Assembly: GCF_964204645.1 (NCBI RefSeq)
Contig: NC_134027.1
Location: 16,762,360 to 16,826,359, forward strand
Length of the DNA stretch: 64,000 bases
Source: Tubulanus polymorphus
Taxonomy: Eukaryota > Animalia > Nemertea
Reading direction: 5' to 3'
Position 1 is the stretch's first letter. Every line of letters begins with the position of its first letter. Positions 22,191 to 34,455 of the stretch are shown piece after piece. Position numbers and translations under genes: made by a program. The notes under the pieces were generated by a model. The model ran no database searches. It saw only the letters and a list, made by a program, of their open reading frames with translations, and was not told where the DNA came from.

Positions 22191-23440
22191 TGATACGCCG
22201 GTCACAATCCTCTCCTTAGTCGTTAATTAATAAAAGCAATAATCGGTCCCTGGCGAGAGAACGTGTCCGCGCACAAACCCAAGTAAAACTAGAATACCGG
22301 AAAGTTTGAATGGATATAACAATACAAGATGAATTTATTTACCTCGATATTCAACACAGTTCTCCAGTTCTACACAATCCAAATCCTAGCTCTAAATTCC
22401 TATTGCACTCTCCTGTTGGTAACCCGTCCTGAATCAAGTCCCAGACCAGCTTTTAACAAGTATCTACGAGTGTCTCCCGAGTGACTGCTCTCTCAAGATG
22501 CGGATCCCTTTTATAGAAAGAATCGGCATTCTTAAAATACCGACTCTCCCACTCGACTTTTGGCAAGGAGCAGCAACCTTACTGTCATGACTGTTTTGGT
22601 CATATAGAATTTGGCCTTAATGATTCGCTGATCTAAAATTATTTGAGAAACTGATTTGCTAAGCTAACTTTTTCCTTCCAACCCTCCTGTCATGACGCGG
22701 AATGATTTACTCACTCCTTGCTTATCATCGTTGAGAAAACAGCTACTCTCAGCGAGTTACCAACAGACGTATACAACAAGAGAAACTTTAGAGAGCTAGT
22801 ATTATCATTTAACACAAATTAATTTTCTTAAAACTTTAGCGATTATAGAGACTTTGTTCTCATTTAACATCTAGGATATTCAAATTAAATATATTTTTGA
22901 AACTATAATATTTGTCTCAGATTACGGTACCACTGATTATTTCTTTTTGAATTATTATAAATACTTTTGATTCGGAACTTCATTATGATCCCCTATCTCC
23001 CTTAAGATCATTCTATAACTGTTATACTATATAAATTTGATTACAATGCGAGATAAAGCAAAACAACAATATCTCCCCATACTTCCGTTTTTCTTTTTAT
23101 AGAAAGTAGTCGGGAGTATCATGAAGTAACAGCGTGATTCTTTCACCAGCCGCATAATAAATGCAACCCATTGTTCCGACCAAATACGGTTCCGTCTATT
23201 CTTAAGTTTATAAAAAGATTTCTGAATGTTTGCCAGATAACGCAGCAGAAGAACCGAGAAAGAATTATTTTTACACCAGGCTGATTTATGGTCAGCGCTG
23301 ATAGATCAAAGCATCAAACAACAACCTGCTTACTACATCTTACTACGTTTGTTGTCTGAAACCATTAATAACCACCAACGCATTCAGGAAATCAACATTA
23401 CAAACATTTTTTAGCTACTACGAAATCTTGCTGCGGATCA
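22191..23440 (-). repeat. 3' LTR of the outer element
   Basis: TGATACGCC...GGATCA; about 13 substitutions versus 37189-38438 counted by eye. Confidence 0.95.
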
Positions 23441-23453
23441 TCACTCCCCATCC
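23441..23453 (-). promoter_or_regulatory. Polypurine tract
   Basis: Minus strand GGATGGGGAGTGA abuts the 3' LTR. Confidence 0.75.
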
Positions 23454-24818
23454 AGCTTAATTTTCGTCCAGAAATTTTGAATTTAGACTAACCCATGTAA
23501 ATCACGCTGAAACCTCCCTAGACAGATCCTGAAAAAGAACCTCAATAAAAACACAATTCATGCTATACGAGTAAATGTTTAAAGTTCATAACAACAACGC
23601 GTATTAAAGTTCACGATACCCAATCGGAAAAAAGTACATTGAGACCGCTGTCTCCGCACACTAAACAATGAAAAAGTCAAGCACAAAACAGTACACAGTT
23701 TGAGTTTGAAATTCACCGCGAAGTGACGCAATAGCTACCAGCCACAACAAGGTACGTCATGGACGGACGAATGACGTCATCCACCGCAGTTCCTCGCAGC
23801 GCGAACTGCTACGTCGATAGTACGGCAAAACGCATTCATGTTCCGCTGATATTTGCTCGCTATTCATAGACGCTATAGTACTACGGTTACTATATCGGAG
23901 TCATTTCTCCACAGTTAATATAGAAACGGAACAGTAATGTAACTGCATCATATACTGCTTGCGCGAACAACATTCCATTGAACGTAAATGAGAATACACG
24001 GGAGCCATCTTGAACACACTCGACTTCATCCCGCTAAAATGTCTACGGAATTTCTCTTTTTTCTGCTTCTTTCGTATCGCGTTGGCCAGGTGTCTTTGTC
24101 CACCCTTCATCACTTAAGTTTGTGAGTATATAGCAAGTCTTCGAGAGTGACAAGCACCGCTAACCATGGCCATAATCGCATGACTAACATCGAGCATGAA
24201 TCTATCCCGTTAAAACCAACGCCCAAAGTTCGCTGTTGTTTGTCGTATATTCGCTCCGTTCCCTCGTTATTTGACGAATCGGCAAATCAATATCACTCAT
24301 CTCGACCAGAGCATACCAGTTGCTGGTTTATCATACTATCAGTTGCGTCAAATAGAGTTTCAGGATACCTCCCAACAAGTCCCCATCTCCATATGGTCAC
24401 TATCAGGGGGTACCCGTCAACATCTATTGCGGTTGACAGAAGAAGGCATTCTTCCATCGTAGTGCTGTCATATCTCGACGGTCTCATCTTCACACATCCG
24501 ATAAGGGTACCTTACAATCAAATAAAACACAGAGATTATATAAAAATTCCATAACTCTTTCTTTTCTAACTGACAATTAATGACATCCATTCAGACTACA
24601 GATAATAAACCCTAGAGACTAGTGACTATATTTGAGCAAAAAAAAAAACAAATATCACGACAATCAAGCTATTATTCACTTTTATTTATGGTTGTCTTTA
24701 TCTCCTGTATTAGATTAAACCCAGATCAGGAGTTAACTCATTGGCAACAATGCGTTATATATACTTCAGTTTCGCAACACTTATGTAATTATATTTCGAT
24801 AACTTACTGAAGAGGCGC

Positions 24819-26141
24819 TTACCGTATACAATTCATAATTTTCAATAGGACGTATGCATCTTGATCCAAACTCCAAATAATTCGATTATACTTACAAATT
24901 TCGTCTGACGTCTGAGGGTCTTCCACATGTGTGATAGACACCTCCGGTGGCCGAGGAAGCTGTCCTGACTTCCCCTCTGTTTTGAGTGATCGGTCAAGTG
25001 ACCACCCATCTGTCCACGAATCACTACGACACGTATCTTCAGAGAGGGTGACGTGTCGTGACGTAGGGTTCGTGACCCGAAGCCTATGCCTTGATGGCAT
25101 GACGCTAACAACTGACCTTGCGCTCATGAGATCACGCATTCTCAAATAATGTACAGGCTCAAAGGCTGCAATCGATGACTGAGACTTGTCAATTAGCCAC
25201 TTACGGTCTACGGTGACATCGCATGAAGGGGGAATAACAGTCCTACGCGTGACTTTAACCGACGAAGACTTCCCCAAGATGACATCATTACTAAAGTAAA
25301 TTATGTCGGCGCCTGGAAACAAGAGAGCCTTTTTAGCATAATCGATAACTGCCTGGTTTCGTTCCAGGAAATCAACTCCGAGAATGAAGTCCGAGGTGAC
25401 TCCATCCACCACGTACATAGAATGTGACACGTCCAAATTTCCTAATACAAAATCTACGGAAATAACACCTTTCAAATCAAACTTAGTACCATCTACCCCA
25501 CGGGCGGACTGAAATTGTCCCTCCTGCAAAGGGCCATTCGATATCTGAGGATGATTGATGAAGTAATTGTTTGAGAGTACAGAAATATCGGCACCCGTAT
25601 CAATCAAAATGTTTAACGGTGTCCCTGAATGACTACCAGTCACTCGGTTGGCGGCAGTTGCCATGATTGACGGGGAATAAGCCTCCTGTCCAATAGTGTT
25701 GTTCTGACTGGAAAGGGACCCTATGTCGTTGGTTGACGTGTTACCTAAAGTCATCGTAACAGGTGGAAGTTGTTCCTGACAGTGAACAGTTGGTTGACAA
25801 TCGGAGTTCGAATCTCCTATCGCAACCTTTTCGTTGATTGGCATATTCGGTTTAGACGTGAGGACAACTTGACCTCTGTCCTGTTCATGGGACATTCCAT
25901 CCCCAACTGGATGGTGGAAACTGCTGGCATTTGAGGTGACAGGAAAGTTCTGTCCTCTTTCAAACGAGTGACACAAATTCTCCGACATTGACTCCTGACT
26001 AGATATCTTTGACAAAATAGTTTCCATATTACTCATCATTAAGACATTCCGATCGTGAATTATTACTACTACTTGAATCTGATGACACAAGATCACATTG
26101 TATTGCTGATTCGGAGGTTGCTGGGTACCTACACTGATCAA
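24819..26141 (-). CDS. pro: Retropepsin protease ORF (truncated pol)
   Basis: ILIDTGADISVL and DFILGVDFL; followed by the Gypsy linker region (TVIPP...LRVTNPT); ends before RT. Confidence 0.85.
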   Translation of the reverse strand: MISVGTQQPPNQQYNVILCHQIQVVVIIHDRNVLMMSNMETILSKISSQESMSENLCHSFERGQNFPVTSNASSFHHPVGDGMSHEQDRGQVVLTSKPNMPINEKVAIGDSNSDCQPTVHCQEQLPPVTMTLGNTSTNDIGSLSSQNNTIGQEAYSPSIMATAANRVTGSHSGTPLNILIDTGADISVLSNNYFINHPQISNGPLQEGQFQSARGVDGTKFDLKGVISVDFVLGNLDVSHSMYVVDGVTSDFILGVDFLERNQAVIDYAKKALLFPGADIIYFSNDVILGKSSSVKVTRRTVIPPSCDVTVDRKWLIDKSQSSIAAFEPVHYLRMRDLMSARSVVSVMPSRHRLRVTNPTSRHVTLSEDTCRSDSWTDGWSLDRSLKTEGKSGQLPRPPEVSITHVEDPQTSDEICKYNRIIWSLDQDAYVLLKIMNCIR

Positions 26142-26763
26142 AAGCGCCTTCGTGACAATCTAAATGAGACTTCCTATCTCTAAAAAGGTCATCTTCTGCC
26201 GAATCCGTCGGACCATTAACCCCTCTAGGGTGTGACCTATCAATACTAATATTGTCACCCGAGCACGCCATATCAGCACGTACTTCCTGCAATTTAACCG
26301 GATCGATAAACGTAACCCTCCTGTGTCTTTTTATATGCTCGTAAGTAGTCGACAACTGGGAATTGTCCCTCCAGATGTCCTCAAAATTGGATCCCTGATC
26401 CATATAAAAATATTCACCTAATGACAATTGGGAATTGTCCCTCCAGCTGTCCCCTAAGTTACGATCCTGAATGCCATAATCGTCATCGGCCCCCCATGAA
26501 GGAGTGTGATAGCCGATAAACCTATCTAAATCCAATGACTCATCGTCATCAAAGTAATACGAATTATAATTGTCCTCAGTCTCAAAATAACTGTCAACTG
26601 AATCTGCTAGCATGTCGCCCTGATTAAATGACACGTCAAATATACCATCCCCATCGTCCTCAAAATAATCATCATAATCAAAAATATAATTGTCAATTTC
26701 CGGACAGTCGTTGTCATATCTATGATACCCCGAATATTTGTCATCCCACCAAAAATCACTCAT
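26029..26763 (-). CDS. Asp/Tyr-rich low-complexity ORF between gag and protease
   Basis: MSDFWWDDKYSGYHRYDNDCPEIDNYIFDYDDYFEDD...; WRDNSQLS repeated; part of open frame 26029..27177. Confidence 0.45.
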   Translation of the reverse strand: MSDFWWDDKYSGYHRYDNDCPEIDNYIFDYDDYFEDDGDGIFDVSFNQGDMLADSVDSYFETEDNYNSYYFDDDESLDLDRFIGYHTPSWGADDDYGIQDRNLGDSWRDNSQLSLGEYFYMDQGSNFEDIWRDNSQLSTTYEHIKRHRRVTFIDPVKLQEVRADMACSGDNISIDRSHPRGVNGPTDSAEDDLFRDRKSHLDCHEGAFDQCRYPATSESAIQCDLVSSDSSSSNNSRSECLNDE

Positions 26764-26797
26764 TATCGCCGAAACGGGCGAGGGCTCTGTTGACCAA

Positions 26798-27710
26798 TCA
26801 TTGCGCGACCCCACCCATAGGATGAGGTCTCCGGTCGTTTCCCTGACCAAATGTTCGATTAACCCGTTGGGAATCACGCCCAAGATTCTGTGACCGAAAC
26901 TGACCCCTACCAGAATTTTGGGGACGGCGATTATCACGCTGAAATGCGTCCCGGTTTGGCGAGACCCGTGACCTTTGTTGGTCGTAACGCCAAGACGGAC
27001 AATTCTTGGCGTAATGACCAGGGGCGTGACATTGATAGCACACCACCTGTCCATCTTGCGACCTTTGTGATGGACGGTTCTCACTATAGTAGGTACCTCT
27101 ATCATTTTGCTGAGTACGGGTAGATTTTTGAGTGTCCATGATCTGGCGAAACATGTCCCGTAGCTCAGCCATGACATCTCCTATCGCCTTATTTGGTTCG
27201 GTCCCAATTTGCGATACCTTGGGAGACGACAGAGCCTTACGTTGTTCGATATGTTCCGCCAATTCTGGCTGCCTCCCAAGCATCCCTAAACGTCGTAGGA
27301 CGCTGTGACAACAAATAGACAGAAATATCAGGGCGGGAGTTATTAATTAATAACATCTTCTTCAGATGGTCAGAAAATTTCAGACTTGAGGCCACACGAT
27401 CAATCTCCTCCGCAAACCAATCGACCGATTGCGTTTCCCCCTGTCGCATTGTCGTCAAGGCTGACTCCTTGACCAAGGCCCACGAGGTGGGGGTAAATTG
27501 TAAACAAAATGCATGAACAATATGCTCCCAGGGAGTGGCAATATTTCTACCGGTCGCATCGATACCCTGATCAATTCGAAGATCATTAAATAAGATTAGG
27601 GCCGGGCCAGCCAAAAACCAATACAACTGTTTCTTTTTAGCGTCATCGTTCCAACCCCTTAGATCGGCCAAACGGTCAAATCCTTTGAACCAATCAGTGA
27701 CGTACTGGTC
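26798..27710 (-). pseudogene. gag: Gag, C-terminal part (capsid and CCHC nucleocapsid), frameshift at ~27280
   Basis: DQYVTDWFKGFDRLADLRGWNDD...LAGPA...MRQGETQSV; CYQCHAPGHYAKNC. Confidence 0.88.
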
Positions 27711-28776
27711 ACAATCAATTGTCTCTAAAGACCCACTTATACAGTGCGGTCCTGAAAATAGAAAACGTAAGCAGCCTGAACACCCAATGGAAGAGAGTGT
27801 CATGCCTAGAAACTCAAGGCACAAAAGAGGGGAAGATAACCCCGTTAACAACAATTTTGCCCTTGCATGTTCCAAATGTACACTGAATATACCGGCTAGT
27901 GAGGGGACTCATTACTGTCACTATTGCAAAAAGGCCATATGTAAGAGGTGCGCTAAAGTCCCAACGGAACTGAATCTACAACGAGACAGCGACACAGATT
28001 CCTGCTTAATCATAGCCTGTGAAAATTGTAAAACTGATAACAATAGCTCCTTCAATAATCAAATGCTAGCCAAACTCGAGCAGATTGTGGCCAAACAAGA
28101 TACTCTGTTAATTGAGATGGCCAAAAAAGCCGACAAAGTATATGTAGATGAGAAGTTTACGACAGTAGATGAGAGAATGAAAAATATTGAAAACCAAATG
28201 GAGGTTCTAAAAATCTCAGAAGCTGAATTACAGAAAGCCCACTCCGAACTACAACAAGCCAGTCAAAATTCTGAGATTGATACAAGAATATCGGAAGTGT
28301 TAAATGATGGTCTAGGTAAATTAAGAGAAGAGATCTGGGAGACTGAATCTAGAAAAAGAAATATTATATTGTATAATATACCCGAGTCAACAGAGGCCGA
28401 AGGCAATAAACGTAGCGCAAATGACAGGCACGCAGTCAAACAATTTTTACTGCAGACCCTAAGTATGCATTCTGTTGGGGCCCCAAGACTTATTAACAGG
28501 ATAGGCACCTTCGACAAAGATAAGACTAGACCCCTCCGAGTGATCTTAGGGACAGAATACGATAAAGAAGAGATTGTCAACAAGTATACGGATTTGAAGA
28601 GGGAAAACCCGGAAATTCTGTTAAACATCAGTATGGCCAGTGACAGAACAATCAGTCAGCGTAAGGAGTACAGCAAGTTGCGACAAGAAATGGAAGAGAG
28701 ACGAGCAAAAGGAGAAAAGGGCTTGACCATAAGAGGGAAGAAAATAATTCAAGCCCGTCAGCCCTTTCGTAAGTAA
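27685..28776 (+). CDS. LINE ORF1p (PHD-like finger, coiled coil, RRM/CTD); real start probably ATG 27788
   Basis: CSKC..CHYC..CKRC..CENC; RKRNIILYNIPES; RIG...RPLRVIL; DRTISQR. Confidence 0.85.
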   Translation: MNQSVTYWSQSIVSKDPLIQCGPENRKRKQPEHPMEESVMPRNSRHKRGEDNPVNNNFALACSKCTLNIPASEGTHYCHYCKKAICKRCAKVPTELNLQRDSDTDSCLIIACENCKTDNNSSFNNQMLAKLEQIVAKQDTLLIEMAKKADKVYVDEKFTTVDERMKNIENQMEVLKISEAELQKAHSELQQASQNSEIDTRISEVLNDGLGKLREEIWETESRKRNIILYNIPESTEAEGNKRSANDRHAVKQFLLQTLSMHSVGAPRLINRIGTFDKDKTRPLRVILGTEYDKEEIVNKYTDLKRENPEILLNISMASDRTISQRKEYSKLRQEMEERRAKGEKGLTIRGKKIIQARQPFRK

Positions 28777-28885
28777 AAACGTCGGAAACGACGAAAATCA
28801 TCCTGATAAAAATAGTAAAATCCGCTACAACGATCCTGAATTAAACACAAATAATAACCAGACTCGCACACGGAATAAGGAACAG

Positions 28886-30469
28886 TTGAGGTGTATGTAT
28901 GCTAATGTAGACTCCCTGATGAATAAGATAACTGAGTTTGAGACAATCATATATGACAAAGACCCAGACATCATCTGTCTCACAGAGGTTAAACCAAAAA
29001 ACCCCAGATTTCCACTAAGCCAGGAAAATTTATTATTTCACGGAGCCGAGAAATATGACATATATAGCAACATAGAATCTGAAGGTAGGGGCATTGCAAT
29101 CTATACTAAAAAAACCCTCAGAAGCAATGAAGCATGTCTCCCACAGCTGGTAAACTCGGAATTTTCCGAAATGAAATGGATCGAAATCTCTCAGACTAAA
29201 CCCCTGAGGCCTATACTACTGGGATGTCTGTACAGAAGTCCAAACAGTACTCCGAATAATAACCGATTACTCAATAACCTTGTACAGAACCTCGCTTACG
29301 TCAACAGTTTCCTGGGAGATTTTAATTATCCAGATATTATCTGGAAAAAAATGAAAAGTACATCACGGCAATCCTCTGACTTCCTGGAATCATGCCTCGA
29401 CTCTTATTTATATGAACACATCACCAGTCCAACTAGGCACCGAAACAATGAGAGAAGTAATACGTTGGATCTCATATTCACCAGTGATGGAAACGATATT
29501 CAGCAGATAGAATACAAAGCTCCTCTAGGAAATAGTGACCATGTCATCCTAGAATTCGTCCTAAATTGCAACGTCCGTCCTAAGCACCAGATTAGACAAG
29601 CATTCAAGAATTACAACAAAGGCGATTATGAACAAGTGAGATTGCAATTGGCTGAGGACCTCGATGTAGATTGCCTTAGTAACCTAGATGTAGAAAACTG
29701 TTGGAGAGTCATCCACTCGAAACTGTTAGAAACTGAGAAAAAATATGTACCCAACAGTATCAAACAACGATGGAAGGCAAGATCTCCTATGTGGATGAAT
29801 AGAGAAACCCTAAAAATGGTCAGAGAAAAGCGTAAAGCCTGGAAACAATATCTACATACAAAAGACACATCAGACTACCAGAATTATCAGAGGTTGAATA
29901 ATATTGCGAGACAAGCCACCCGAACTGCCCAAAAAAAGTTTGAGAAAAACCTGGCCAAAGAGACTCAGTCCAACCCCAAAGCTTTCTGGAAATATACCAA
30001 ATCAAAAACCAAAATGTCAAGCGAAATTCCGGACCTCAGGTACCAAGATATCAATGGAACTACCAAGTCGGCAGATTCAGGAGAAGAAAAGGCCAAAGTA
30101 TTTAATGAGTTTTTTGCCAGCACCTTCACACAAGAGGACACAGCATTTTTACCTGCAGCGGAAACCCATGAAGTTCCCCTGCTCGAAACCATGATCTTTG
30201 ATCCAGCAGATATAAAAAAAGGCCTAAGAACCTAAACCCGAACAAGACCAAAGGCCCAGATAATATCCATCCAAGGTTACTCATAGAATCAGCTGATGTT
30301 ATTGCTGAACCACTGACAATTCTATTTCGAAAATCCATGCAAGAATCTCGATTGCCTGTAATCTGGAAAACAGCACATATAAAACCAATACATAAAAGTG
30401 GCTCAAAAATGATGGCAGAAAATTACAGACCAATCAGCCTTACAAGCTGCATATGCAAACTGATGGAGT
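28886..30469 (+). pseudogene. LINE ORF2 5' part: APE endonuclease and start of RT; 1-nt frameshift at ~30225
   Basis: YANVDSL, ICLTE, LGDFN, LDLIF, SDH; then KGPDNIHPRLL, NYRPISLTSCICKLME. Confidence 0.9.
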
Positions 30470-30991
30470 TATTGGGGTGATAAATTAGTAGTTTGCATAG
30501 AGGGAGGGAAGCCAGAGTTCAGGGCAGTGGCTGAAGTTAGTAAATAACCTACGTAGATGCTTACGTCGCACATAAGACACTGAATAGAAGATAGGTGAAA
30601 GTGACGTGAGTATCTGCGTAGGGTTGCTGGTTATAGCGGCAGCCTTGAGCTCTGGTATGGCTAGGAAGTAAACAAGTAATAAACTCGTGACGTATAACAT
30701 ATGTAGAAGTATACGTCACGAGTAACATGAAATAAGATAAAAAGGGAGGGTCAGCACAGTAAGGGAGAGAGAGATGCTAGAGTGGCGGAGAAGCCTAAAA
30801 ATACGAGCTGTAGGAAGGAATAAGAATTGTGCGGGAAAATAAAGAAAGAACGTAGACCCACGAGAAGAGTTATTATTCCGGAGTCAGAGGGATATCACTT
30901 ATCGGATTAATCGGAACCAACAACGACAACACGAGGGGAGAACGCAACGTGGCCCCCACAACAATTGGTTGAGAAACTCAACCCCACAACA
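30470..30991 (+). repeat. 5' LTR of the inner element (core plus extra terminal unit)
   Basis: TATTGGGG...CCCCACAACA. Confidence 0.9.
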
Positions 30992-30992
30992 T

Positions 30993-31001
30993 TGGTGGAG
31001 A
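30993..31001 (+). promoter_or_regulatory. Short PBS, probably tRNA-Ala
   Basis: TGGTGGAGA is complementary to the ...UCUCCACCA-3' end of eukaryotic tRNA-Ala; only 9 nt. Confidence 0.55.
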
Positions 31002-33926
31002 ACAGTGGTGTATCCTGCACCTCTCGCTGCCAAGCGATCGTGTATATTTGGTGAGTGAGCAGGGGTGAAGTAAAAGTGTAAGATGAACGTTACATTCCGT
31101 AACCGTTATAATTACATGAAATACGGACCGCTACCGCGGGTTAAGTTGAAATATTGCGGATAACTCGATCTGTGTATAAAAATCATTGCCGTCTGGATTT
31201 AATACCTGTTTGTTTGTCTTATTCGAGAAATATGTAATCTTCATATCGTCAGATTCAGTTGAAATGAATTATAGAGCTTCCAGTGCGGAAAGTAGTTGTT
31301 TCTTTCCATATTTAAATTAATTGAATTATCCGATTTGGTGTGGCGTTTTCGTAAGATCGTATTTTGGACACTACGTTTTACATGGCAGCAAATTGAATTT
31401 ACGACTCCGAATTTAGATTCGTGTGAATTAACGGACATAATGGCGTTCGGAAACGAAGTGATTCTGCGATCATAGCGCGATAAATGAAAAACAGTAGAGT
31501 ATTAGAGGCATTATACAAACGCATTTCATCATCGGACAGTTCATAGATCTGCTACGGGAAATCGACCTTGGAGACGTTCAACGGACTACGATTGCGGCTT
31601 ATAGTAATTGTAAATAATATGATATGTATTTCTGCATGTTTTGATTGCTTTTGTAGAATGATACTCAGCGTTTTTAAGTTGCTTGTGTGCTGGGTTATTG
31701 TATCTACGTAGATATAAATATGCACTACGTAAATCTTTTATAGTTTGCTAAATTTGCTGGATGGTATTTCGCGAAAGAATGATTTATTAGTCTAGGTGAG
31801 CCACTCGGTTATCAGTGTAACGATAGTTGAAAGCGCTCACTGCCTGTATATACCTAACAAATAACTGTGGTGTTTATGTGGTTTTAAGAAATATAATGAG
31901 TATCGCGAGTTAGTATAGAATATGTTTATTGTGCAAAGGTTAGATTGGGCGCTCAGTGGTGAATCTTACCGGAGGGGGTTTGAATAGAGTAGTTTATATG
32001 AGATGAATTAAGGTGGACCAGGGACCTGGATGAAGAGTAAGGGAAGCTCTAGGGATGGTCCGGAATAAAACGGGGGATTATAGCCCGAAGGATTAATTCT
32101 GAAGATCCTTTGAAACAGTATAATGTTTAGTGGCTAGCCTCTGGGAAAGATTGGATATATATGTTGGACATTATTAGGGTCGAATATCAAGAAATACCAA
32201 ATGGGTGATTCGTCGGCCGGTTCCCTATTTATCCATTGATTTTATTTTACTCCGGTAAGGCGTGACATGGGGGATGATACGGAAATGAGAAATGTCACGA
32301 TACAGCTATTTGTTAGGTATGCTGAAATGGCCATTCAGGGGATTGGTTTTTTAGAAGTAAAGGGTTGCTCATTGCGTAATACAATAAGTATGATAAGTAT
32401 TATTCGGTAGATTGGGTATCTTAACTGAATGGTCGTAGATTGCAGGGATGTGTGAGCGCTATGTTTTTTTTCCGAACTTTCAGTCCGTCTTGACCGGTTT
32501 ATATACAGGATGAGGCGTCGGCCGTTTTACATGTGGGGTTATATCCCCTGATTTGCGGGAAGGAATTAGAACAATTCGAATATCAGATGTGGGTGGTTTG
32601 GAAGACCATAGGCCCAGGAGTTAAAGTTAATTTTTGAGAATCGGCTGTTTGAATGGCACTGAATGAGTAGTGTCCAGAGGAATTTTCCCTAACTTTTGGG
32701 TGATGCATCTTAATGAGTTTTGTGGTCACTTTATGACATCCTTCCATAAATATATGGCGGCCTGCCTGTCTATTTCAACGGTTCCAAGCCGCAAATAGCA
32801 GTTCATGTTATCCCTGCCTAGACTACGGATAAATGTGCTTTCTGAGGCAATGGGTGGGGACTAGCAGCTGACATCTCAATAATGCGAATGTACGCATGCG
32901 GTATATTCATTTTTGCTATGTTTTGGCTTACCTTTATGTTACGTACACATAGAAAAATTATTATGAAATTGTTTGTGAATTCATTGTTGAGCATGTCTTT
33001 TGCCAACGTGTGCTGGGCACATAATAATCAACTAAATGATGTATCTGGCATCTGTATTAATTTACGTCGTTGATTGGGGTCGGGACAGGTTTGACAAATC
33101 ATCTGATATCGGTTAAGGTAACGGCTGATAGTTTGGACAGTGGGAAATTGACATGTTTGCAATGGTAATTTTAAAGACAAATTAGGCTGCACACACTGAT
33201 TATTTTTTTTTGGTAAAGATAACGAGAACGAGAAGAGTCAGAAAGTTGAAGTGGTTGGTCATATATTGTTAAATTATTAGACTACATAAATGTGGATATA
33301 GAGAAATGGGTGATTGTCTATGAAAGCTATTTGGGAAGTTGTGTTTGATATGTTTTTTTTTGCATGACTACAATTGTATAGGCTTGTTCTCATTAAATGT
33401 AAGATCAATATACAGATGTACATGCCTCATAATTGTTATATATTACTGATGAAAAGAGTCTCATATTTGATATTTGTAGATGATTGCTTTCCCTTAGATA
33501 AAGTTCGTGTGTTAAGTTTATAAGTATTTAGAAATTTTTTTGGCTTACCGTAAAATTCTATGGGGTCCATGTAGGTCTCGTTGATGAATAAGTGAACTGA
33601 TGATGAGTGGGGTGTGTTGCTTAGTTTAGGTAGAAGTTTGATGTAGGATTGGATAATAGGGGAAAGGGTCAGAAATTGTGATTTATGTCTACTTTACAGG
33701 TGTTGTAAATTGATGTACGGAATGGTGGTTGTGTTTCATTAGTCTTGATGTTCTGAAGGTTTTATGTAATTTTCATTACCCTGCGGCTGGCTTTAAGTTG
33801 TAAGAGATGTTGCTTATAAATGATGTTCTGAAGCCTGTACACTTTTGAAAAGATTTTTTGGGAAACTACAATAGGGTCTTGTGGATTTTTGGCGATTGGG
33901 GACCAATCGTCTGGGGAGGAGGATAG

Positions 33927-34451
33927 TATTGGGGTGATAAATTAGTAGTTTGCATAGAGGGAGGGAAGCCAGAGTTCAGGGCAGTGGCTGAAGTTAGTAA
34001 ATAACCTACGTAGATGCTTACGTCGCACATAAGACACTGAATAGAAGATAGGTGAAAGTGACGTGAGTATCTGCGTAGGGTTGCTGGTTATAGCGGCAGC
34101 CTTGAGCTCTGGTATGGCTAGGAAGTAAACAAGTAATAAACTCGTGACGTATAACATATGTAGAAGTATACGTCACGAGTAACATGAAATAAGATAAAAA
34201 GGGAGGGTCAGCACAGTAAGGGAGAGAGAGATGCTAGAGTGGCGGAGAAGCCTAAAAATACGAGCTGTAGGAAGGAATAAGAATTGTGCGGGAAAATAAA
34301 GAAAGAACGTAGACCCACGAGAAGAGTTATTATTCCGGAGTCAGAGGGATATCACTTATCGGATTAATCGGAACCAACAACGACAACACGAGGGGAGAAC
34401 GCAACGTGGCCCCCACAACATTGTTGGAGAACCGAAAGCAACCCCACAACA
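33927..34451 (+). repeat. 3' LTR of the inner element
   Basis: Core appears identical to the 5' LTR (offset 3457); preceded by PPT at 33913-33926. Confidence 0.9.
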
Positions 34452-34455
34452 GAGT

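Larger units (their letters stand above)
30470..34451 (+). mobile_element. Non-coding LTR element (LARD/TRIM-like) inserted in the LINE RT
   Basis: 494-bp LTR cores at 30470-30963 and 33927-34420; TSD GAGT (30466-30469 / 34452-34455); PPT GGGGAGGAGGATAG; removal restores KLME-SIIRD; no long internal ORF. Confidence 0.92.

Noticed and set aside
27711-27875. N-terminus of ORF 27237..27875 as the gag start
   Set aside because: It is antisense LINE 5' sequence fused in frame; the real gag start is at 36609.
30485-34157. Duplicated 71-aa ORFs, or an env/pol gene in the inner element
   Set aside because: The ORFs lie within the two LTRs, and no recognisable coding remnants were seen in the internal region.
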